Below, piece by piece: positions 57,751 to 64,000 of a stretch of 64,000 nucleotides of DNA (its first letter is position 1; each line of letters starts with the position of its first letter). A program made the translations under genes and the position numbers. Source of the DNA: an uncultured Verrucomicrobiales bacterium (GTDB lineage: Bacteria > Verrucomicrobiota > Verrucomicrobiia > Limisphaerales > UBA1100); contig CAJWVY010000001.1 in NCBI GenBank assembly GCA_913048135.1, positions 4,245-68,244 on the forward strand, read 5' to 3'. Below the pieces are notes generated by a model that was not told the origin of the DNA, did no database searches, and saw only the letters and a list, made by a program, of their open reading frames with translations.

Positions 57751-59928
57751 ATGAACATTCACCGGTTCCTCGCCCTCATACTGATTTTGCCGTTGAGCCT
57801 TTTGGCGGATGCGGATTTGGAGGCCATTCGCAAAAAAGCCGAACAAGGCGATTCCGAAGCCGTCTACGAATGGGCCGAAGCCCTGTACTGGGGCCGCAGC
57901 GGGAAACATGACCTTGCGCAGGCGGGCGACTTTGCCCTGGTGGGCGCCCTGAAAAAGAATCCACTCGCCCAGTATCGCTACGCCATCCAGCAACTGCTCG
58001 GTCAAGGCGTGGAGCAGGACGTCAAGGCGGGGTTCGAGCAGCTGCACGCCTCCGTTCCCGGTCTGCAAAAGCTCGCGGAGCAAAACAATGCGGATGCCCT
58101 CTTTAAGCTCGGCAAGCTTTATCAGCTCGGCTTGATCAATTCCAACCACTTCAATCCGGATGACCAGCGGGCGCTGGAAAGTTTTCGGGCTGCCGCCGCT
58201 CAAGGTCATGCCAAGGCCGGTTTTTTGGCCGCCCAAATGTTTCGGCTGGGGCTGGGCACGGACAAGGATGTGGTCCAGGCCCGCGAATTATTGAAAACCT
58301 CTGCGGCGGCCGGTTCCGTGGAGGCGGCGTTTCAATTGTGGAATATGCACTACTCGGCAGGTGGCGAGGTGGTCTCTGAAACCAACGCCTTGATTCACTT
58401 GAAAAAGGCGGCCGAAGCCGGTTTGCGCGAAGCGGAATATCTCTACGGCAACACCGTGGGCGAAGGCAGACTGGGATTGAAGCCGGATAAAAAATCCGCG
58501 CTGCCGTGGGTGCGCAAGGCCGCCATACAAGGCCACGCCCATGCGCAGTTTTTACTGGGACTGTTGTATGCCACCGACGGCAACGAAGCAGGGCTCAAAC
58601 GGGATCTCAAAGAAGCCTTTTATTGGCTGACTCTGGCCAGTCGGGCCGAGGACGCCAAGACGGCTAAGAATGCTTCTGACCGATTGGTGTCTGTGAAGAA
58701 AGAGTTGGATCCGCTGGATCAACTCGATCAACTCACGCGAGTTGGCGAGTATAAGCCCAAACTCAGCCTGACAACTTTTAACACCACGTTGGGATTGGAA
58801 AATGCCAGCCTGGCGATCAGTCAATCGCTGCGGTTGGACAACCTGACCTTCGCGGCCGAAGGCGACGATCCGGATGCTATGTTCAGCCTCGGGATGTTCC
58901 ACCTCGATCAACGCCAGCCACAACCGGCCCTCGAATGGCTCAAGAAAGCGGCCGGGAAAAAACACGCCGAAGCCATCGAGGCATTGGGCGAGGAATATAT
59001 TAGCGGCAGCTTCGGAGAACCTGATTTTGAGGAGGGCGCCAAATGGCTAAAGCAAGCCGCCCGCCAGGGAAGTTTACCGGCGCAAACCCGCTTGGGCAGC
59101 CTTGCCTTGGCCGGGAAATTTCCCGGCACCAAACCCGCTGAGGCCGTCCGGTGGTTTCGGCCCGCGGCCGAACAGGGCTATGCCGAGGCTCAGACCCGTT
59201 TGGGGGGATTGCTCTGGGAAGGGGATGTCGTCAAACAAGACCTCAAAAATGGCATGATGTGGATGCGCAAAGCGGCTGATCAACGCTATGCCTTTGCCGA
59301 AGCTTCGCTGTCCACCATGCACGCTCAGGGACTCTTGGGCGATGAGCCGGATTTTAAGGAATCCGCCAAATGGGCCCGGCGCGGGGCGATGCAGGGCGAC
59401 GCGCTTGCGCAACGGACCTTGGGCCTTTTGTATCTCGAAGGCAAAGGCGTGTTGGAAGCCAAACTGCCCAAGCGCCTCGATCACAAACGCCTCGCCTACA
59501 AATGGCTTACCCTCGCCCAACGCGGCGGTGTGCAGGGGCTTGATCCGGCACTCAATGTGTTGCGCAAGGAACTTCAGGCCAGCGACATTAACAACGCTCT
59601 AGCGGAGGCCAGCCAGTTTGTGGCTGTGGTGTTGTATGATCCCAACAACACCGGCCAAACCGCGACCCAAACCGATCTCAAAACCATTTTGAAAAATGCC
59701 GCCGCCGGCCAGGCGCAAGCCCAACTGGACCTCGCACGCTTGTACGCCGAGGGCGATGGCGTAGAGCAAAGCCCCGTTGAAGCCTACAAATGGTTCACGC
59801 TCGCCTTCAATCAGGGCCTCGAGGAAGCCCTCACCGAACGTTCCAAACTCATCAAGGCGAACGGCATGGGGTTGGACGACATCATTGCCGCCAAAAAACT
59901 TGTGCGCGCTTTCAAACCCAACAAGTGA
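57751..59928 (+). CDS. Exported Sel1-like repeat (SLR/TPR-family) protein, 725 aa
   Basis: Signal peptide, followed by many ~36-aa repeats of the type A..W..KAA.QG.A.AQ..LG.LY..G.GV..D. Confidence 0.85.
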   Translation: MNIHRFLALILILPLSLLADADLEAIRKKAEQGDSEAVYEWAEALYWGRSGKHDLAQAGDFALVGALKKNPLAQYRYAIQQLLGQGVEQDVKAGFEQLHASVPGLQKLAEQNNADALFKLGKLYQLGLINSNHFNPDDQRALESFRAAAAQGHAKAGFLAAQMFRLGLGTDKDVVQARELLKTSAAAGSVEAAFQLWNMHYSAGGEVVSETNALIHLKKAAEAGLREAEYLYGNTVGEGRLGLKPDKKSALPWVRKAAIQGHAHAQFLLGLLYATDGNEAGLKRDLKEAFYWLTLASRAEDAKTAKNASDRLVSVKKELDPLDQLDQLTRVGEYKPKLSLTTFNTTLGLENASLAISQSLRLDNLTFAAEGDDPDAMFSLGMFHLDQRQPQPALEWLKKAAGKKHAEAIEALGEEYISGSFGEPDFEEGAKWLKQAARQGSLPAQTRLGSLALAGKFPGTKPAEAVRWFRPAAEQGYAEAQTRLGGLLWEGDVVKQDLKNGMMWMRKAADQRYAFAEASLSTMHAQGLLGDEPDFKESAKWARRGAMQGDALAQRTLGLLYLEGKGVLEAKLPKRLDHKRLAYKWLTLAQRGGVQGLDPALNVLRKELQASDINNALAEASQFVAVVLYDPNNTGQTATQTDLKTILKNAAAGQAQAQLDLARLYAEGDGVEQSPVEAYKWFTLAFNQGLEEALTERSKLIKANGMGLDDIIAAKKLVRAFKPNK

Positions 59929-61376
59929 TGAAGCTCGCCGGGTTAGCCATTGGAATCCTCTTGGCGGCCGGCCAGGTATGGGCGGCGGACCTCAACGCCA
60001 CGCTCAAGAAGGCTGAGGCTGGGGAAGCCGCCAGCCAATACCAGCTCGCCGAACGCTACGCAGAGGCCGATGGCGTGGATCAGGATTATCAGGCAGCCCT
60101 TAAGTGGGCCCGCCAAGCTGCCGATCAAGGCAACGCAAAGGCCAAATATCGAATGGCGTCTATTTTATTCCTGGGTGTCACCGGAGAGGCACGCCAGCCA
60201 GAGGCCCTGCAGCTCTTTCGGGAATCAGCTGAGGGGCTGGAAAAGCTCGCGGAGGAAGGCGATGCCGATGCACGGGCCAAGCTGGGCATTCTCTGTGCCC
60301 GGGGAATCGGCGTGGAAAAGGATGTTGAACGTGCCGCTAAACTATTCACCCAAGCCGCCGAGGCTGGCGTGGTTAAGGCACAGGTCGATTTGGCCGGCGC
60401 TTATTTGCTGGGAAACGGCGTGGGTCGCAACGCCACCACTGCCGGCGAATGGTTCACCAAGGCCGCCAAGTCCGGACATGGCCAGGCGCAGGTACAACTC
60501 GGTATGCTGTGCATTCAAGGTACTGGCCGCGAGCAGGATATTGATCAGGGCATGAATTGGCTGCGCAAGGCGTCGGTACATCGCAATCCGGAGTTTTCCA
60601 AACAAGCGAAGAGTTTGCTGGATCGTTTGGAGGATTCCCCGCCCAAATTGGGCCCGGACATGAAAGCCCTGCGCCAGCGCGCCCAGAAGGGTGAACTCAA
60701 GGCGCAGCTTGAGCTGGCGCAACGCCACGAAATCGGCGCCGGCGTACCGGTTAATGAGGCCGCTGTTCGTCAGTGGTTGAACGCCGCCACCCTGCAAGGA
60801 TCGGCCGCCGCCGCGCATCGGTTGGGCGGCATCCTGATGCTGGGCCGCGGCGCAGTGAAAAAAGAACCGGCCTTGGCCGCAAGCTACTGGAAGCTGGCGG
60901 CGGAGTTGGGTTATGGCGGCGCACAGGTGGATTATGCAGTGGCCTGTGCCAAGGGCGATGGTCTGGAGAAGAATATGCCCGAAGCCTACTACTGGGCCTT
61001 GATTGCCCGGCGCGGCAATACCTCCGAGGAGCAGGAACGTAACCTTCGGGCCTTGCAAGGTGTGATTACCAGCGGTCTGGAGCCTGAGGAAATACTTAGC
61101 GGCCTCACCCGTTCCCGCTCATGGAAGGCACCGACTGATGAGAAAGCCAAATTGCGCTGGGTGAAGGCACAGTTTGGCAACGCGGGCGCGCAGTTGGAGC
61201 TTGGAAAATCGCTTGTAGAAAGCCGCCCGCGTGAAGCTCTGAAATGGCTGAAGTTGGCTGCCGCCGCCAAAGAAAAGGGCGCGGCAGCAACTGCCAAGGA
61301 ATTGGCCGGGACACTATCCAAAAAGGAAATAGATCAGGTTCAGGCCGCAGTGAAGGCGTTTAAGCCTTTGAAATAA
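59928..61376 (+). CDS. Exported Sel1-like repeat protein, 482 aa
   Basis: Start set at ATG 59928 (MKLAGLAIGILLAAGQVWA), overlapping the upstream TGA by 1 nt. SLR repeats throughout. Confidence 0.85.
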   Translation: MKLAGLAIGILLAAGQVWAADLNATLKKAEAGEAASQYQLAERYAEADGVDQDYQAALKWARQAADQGNAKAKYRMASILFLGVTGEARQPEALQLFRESAEGLEKLAEEGDADARAKLGILCARGIGVEKDVERAAKLFTQAAEAGVVKAQVDLAGAYLLGNGVGRNATTAGEWFTKAAKSGHGQAQVQLGMLCIQGTGREQDIDQGMNWLRKASVHRNPEFSKQAKSLLDRLEDSPPKLGPDMKALRQRAQKGELKAQLELAQRHEIGAGVPVNEAAVRQWLNAATLQGSAAAAHRLGGILMLGRGAVKKEPALAASYWKLAAELGYGGAQVDYAVACAKGDGLEKNMPEAYYWALIARRGNTSEEQERNLRALQGVITSGLEPEEILSGLTRSRSWKAPTDEKAKLRWVKAQFGNAGAQLELGKSLVESRPREALKWLKLAAAAKEKGAAATAKELAGTLSKKEIDQVQAAVKAFKPLK

Positions 61377-63857
61377 TCAGCGCTGGCGGGCCAAGCTGCG
61401 CGTTCGCCAGAATTGCGAGGCCGGCTCCAGTTTCGAAGAATCGGTGTCGTAGCGGTAGGAAAGCTTCTTGAGCTTCGGCAAATTTCTTAGGAAATCAATT
61501 TCACCATGGTCCCGCGGCAGGGTGAGCACCTCCAGATCTGTGCACTTGGCCAATGGCGTGAGATCGCGCAATTCCGTGCAGCCATCCAATCGCAATTCTC
61601 GCAGTGGCAAACCGGCTAGGGCAGATAGGTCGCGCACGGGCGTGCTGTCCAAATGTAGGGTTTGCAGTGGCATCTTTTGTAGGGGCGACAAATCACGCGC
61701 GCGTGTGCCGCTCAAGTGCAAATGCACCAGCGGCGCGCCTTTCAGCGACTCAAGATTTTCTACCGGCGAATACGCGATGGTGAGCGATTGCAGCGGACGG
61801 CCCTGCAGCGGGCTGAGATCGGTGACTGCTGTGTACGCTAGGGACAGTTGCCGGAGCGGCATCATGCGCAGTGCCTTTAACTCCTTCACCTGTGTTTGCC
61901 AGAGGTTCATGGAATATACCGGTAATCGGGTGAAGGGGGTGAGATCCTTTACCTTGGAACTACCAAGGTTGATCTTGAGATAGCCATGCTCATCGCGACT
62001 GGCGCGACCGGGAAGACCGAGCTGGCGTAGGGCGGCTTGGGCGCTGTTCCAGGAATTGGTTTTCTCGGCGGCAATTCGGCTGAGCGTGTAGCGCGCATCC
62101 AACGACATGCCCCGACGGTGTTGCCAGTGATACACGGCGCCCAAGGCATGCAACGGCAGGGAGCCGGCACCGTAGGTTTGGGCCAATTTGTTACAGAACG
62201 GCCCGGCTTGGGCGGTGAACTTGTTGGCCTCATCCAGTTTTTCCGTCTGTCGAATAGCCTCGGAGGCGGCGGACGGACGATGGAGTGCCAATTGCACGCG
62301 GGCGAGGCGTTGCCAGTGCTCGGGCTGTTGAGGGTCCAATTCCGTGGCCAATTGCGCCGGGGCTAGGGCATCTGGAAACAGGCCGCGTGCCATCAATTTA
62401 CCGGCCAATGCGTGGCTGCCGGGTGCGGCTGATTTATATTGGGCGAGGGTTTCTTCTTGTTCCTTGGTGGCATGATGGGTGTGGAGGGCGAAGCCCAGCA
62501 CTAACAGAATAATCACGCTCCAGGCTGCCGCCAGCGTGGCATGGCGTCGGAGGGAGAGGCGCATTTGGCGGAAAAACCCAGCGTGTTCAGCAGCCGGCGC
62601 ATAGCCCGCGGTATAGGCGGAGACATCGCGTTGGAGCGAGTGAACATCGGCATACCGCCGGGCCGGTTCTAGGGCCAATGCCTGCATGGCCACGGCTGAA
62701 AGGGCCTCAGGTACCTGATGGTCCGGACAATGCAGGAGCACATTGGTGTCGCGCGAATCTTGGGCGCGCTGGGTCGGCGGCGTGATGCGGCCGGTCTTGA
62801 TGCGTTCCATGACCTCGGCATCCGCGCTGCTCCCGGTGATGGGTGGTCGCAAGGCAAGGATGTTGTATAGAATGGCGCCGAGTGAATAAATATCCGTGCG
62901 TTCGTTGATGGCATCCAGTCGGCCTTCAGCTTGCTCGGGGGCCATGAAACTGGGCGTGCCCATGACCGTGCCGTAACGGGTGCCTTCGGTTGTGCCGGTG
63001 GGGGGATCACTGTCTGGTGCTTTTTCCGGTTGGCTCAGGATTTTGGCAATGCCCCAATCCATGACCAATACTTCCCCAAATTCGCCGATCATGATGTTGG
63101 CCGGCTTGAGGTCCCGGTGAATGATGCCTTTGGAATGGGCATAGGCAACGGCATCGCAGGTTTTGCTAAAGATATCGAGCAGCCGCGCGAGCGGATACCG
63201 GTCGACGGTGGCCGATTGGCCCTGACGCAATCCGTGCAGCACTTCCTTGAGGGTGGTGCCGCGCACAAATTTCATGGCGTAATAATTGCGACCCTGGGCA
63301 TCCACACCGAGATCGTGGATTGGTACAATATGCGGGTGATCCAGTCGTCCGAGGACGAGGGCTTCCTGAGTGAAGCGGTTGGAGAGATCGGGGTTGGCGG
63401 CAATCTCAGGCGTCATCACCTTGAGGGCCACGTGCCGTTGGAGTTGGTGATCGAGGGCCAGATACACTTCTCCCATGCCGCCTTTGGCCAGTTGCCGAGA
63501 AATCTCGTAGCGCTGGGTGTGCGGGTCGGGCGTAGGTTCGGCGGCGGCGGTGTTTTCCAGCAGAGTCAGCTCGAGCGTGGTGCGGCCCAGGGTAATGGTC
63601 TGGCCGGGTTGTACGCGGATCTTACCAGAGATTTGGCGGTTATCGATAAGGGTCCCATAACGACCACCGATATCCTCTATGGCGCAACCTTCGGGGGTGA
63701 CGGTGAGCTGAGCGTGTTTGCGGGAAACGTCGGGGCTGGCGAGGTGAATGGAGCACGCGGGATCGCGGCCGATGGGGTAATCGCCCGGAATCAGATCAAA
63801 AGTAGCCAAAGTTTGGCCGCCGCTGGACGCGGTCAACTGAACGACTGGCGTCGCCAT
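61377..63857 (-). CDS. FHA domain - Ser/Thr protein kinase - TM - helical repeat - leucine-rich repeat (LRR) protein
   Basis: Start set at ATG 63857, preceded by AAGGAGG. FHA (IGRDPACSIHLASPDVSRKHAQL). Kinase motifs (GGMGEVY, VALKVM, HRDLKPANIM, DWG, APE). TM helix AAAWSVIILLVLGFAL. C-terminal ~22-aa LRRs (L..L.L..T.V.DLSPL). Confidence 0.88.
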   Translation of the reverse strand: MATPVVQLTASSGGQTLATFDLIPGDYPIGRDPACSIHLASPDVSRKHAQLTVTPEGCAIEDIGGRYGTLIDNRQISGKIRVQPGQTITLGRTTLELTLLENTAAAEPTPDPHTQRYEISRQLAKGGMGEVYLALDHQLQRHVALKVMTPEIAANPDLSNRFTQEALVLGRLDHPHIVPIHDLGVDAQGRNYYAMKFVRGTTLKEVLHGLRQGQSATVDRYPLARLLDIFSKTCDAVAYAHSKGIIHRDLKPANIMIGEFGEVLVMDWGIAKILSQPEKAPDSDPPTGTTEGTRYGTVMGTPSFMAPEQAEGRLDAINERTDIYSLGAILYNILALRPPITGSSADAEVMERIKTGRITPPTQRAQDSRDTNVLLHCPDHQVPEALSAVAMQALALEPARRYADVHSLQRDVSAYTAGYAPAAEHAGFFRQMRLSLRRHATLAAAWSVIILLVLGFALHTHHATKEQEETLAQYKSAAPGSHALAGKLMARGLFPDALAPAQLATELDPQQPEHWQRLARVQLALHRPSAASEAIRQTEKLDEANKFTAQAGPFCNKLAQTYGAGSLPLHALGAVYHWQHRRGMSLDARYTLSRIAAEKTNSWNSAQAALRQLGLPGRASRDEHGYLKINLGSSKVKDLTPFTRLPVYSMNLWQTQVKELKALRMMPLRQLSLAYTAVTDLSPLQGRPLQSLTIAYSPVENLESLKGAPLVHLHLSGTRARDLSPLQKMPLQTLHLDSTPVRDLSALAGLPLRELRLDGCTELRDLTPLAKCTDLEVLTLPRDHGEIDFLRNLPKLKKLSYRYDTDSSKLEPASQFWRTRSLARQR

Positions 63858-63899
63858 GGGAACCTCCTTGCCGCGTCGTGCCCACCACGCGGGAAAATT

Positions 63900-63928
63900 A
63901 ACATAGCGGGAAAAAAGTGGAATGTCGA
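63900..63928 (-). promoter_or_regulatory. Candidate sigma70-type promoter for the kinase gene
   Basis: On the minus strand: TCGACA (63928-63923), 17-nt spacer, TATGTT (63905-63900), about 43 nt upstream of ATG 63857. Pattern match only. Confidence 0.35.
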
Positions 63929-64000
63929 GCGGGAACGGGATGGGTTTGGCATTGATTTGAAATTGAATCTGGGTATGCTCTGCACCCCCATTTAGCACCC

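Noticed and set aside
62931-63995. 354-aa plus-strand ORF opposite the kinase/FHA region
   Set aside because: The minus frame contains complete Hanks kinase and FHA motifs. The plus ORF is a shadow with no recognisable features.

Overview
This is a 64-kb GC-rich bacterial chromosomal window. I recognised no rRNA, tRNA, CRISPR array or mobile element. Part A (nt 1-28433, all + strand) is one uninterrupted block of 37 transcription/translation genes: rplA (5' end cut by the window edge), rplJ, rplL, rpoB, rpoC, rpsL, rpsG, fusA, rpsJ, rplC, rplD, rplW, rplB, rpsS, rplV, rpsC, rplP, rpmC, rpsQ, rplN, rplX, rplE, rpsN, rpsH, rplF, rplR, rpsE, rplO, secY, map, infA, rpmJ (37 aa, too short for the ORF track), rpsM, rpsK, rpsD, rpoA, rplQ. 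The block ends in a clean intrinsic terminator. tuf, adk and rpmD are absent from their customary slots. Several r-proteins carry low-complexity additions: uS5 has an N-terminal Ala/Pro/Glu tract plus an RGG tract partly encoded by a perfect 3 x 21-nt tandem repeat, uS11 has an N-terminal acidic tail, bL17 has a C-terminal acidic tail, and uL22 has a long insertion. infA looks atypical. Part B (nt 28484-64000) starts with transporters (SSF symporter, NRAMP-like). It then holds a divergently transcribed ~12-kb locus of mostly exported enzymes. The minus arm is orphan TM protein, GNAT, Zn-ribbon TM protein, PQQ-like propeller, SMP-30 lactonase lipoprotein, PQQ-like propeller. The plus arm is an SGNH esterase, a 1430-aa SGNH + PVC-type dehydrogenase + HEAT + CxxCH heme fusion, and a membrane metallophosphoesterase. 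This locus is my best candidate for an uncharacterised system. After it come a coupled DUF4870-like membrane protein and Gfo/Idh/MocA oxidoreductase, a small exported protein plus a signal-peptide-bearing SAM methyltransferase plus a DksA/TraR zinc finger, eno, a DAACS transporter, hom-thrC-lysC followed by a deoxyhypusine-synthase-like gene, an SDR operon, cutA, a SurA-like/2x Sel1-repeat operon, and a convergent FHA-Ser/Thr kinase-TM-LRR gene. The domain repertoire suggests the PVC superphylum (Verrucomicrobiota-like), which is an inference. All calls rest on reading the translated ORFs and on remembered family motifs. No database search or folding computation was possible. Many long ORFs in the track are antisense shadow ORFs typical of GC-rich DNA and were not called.
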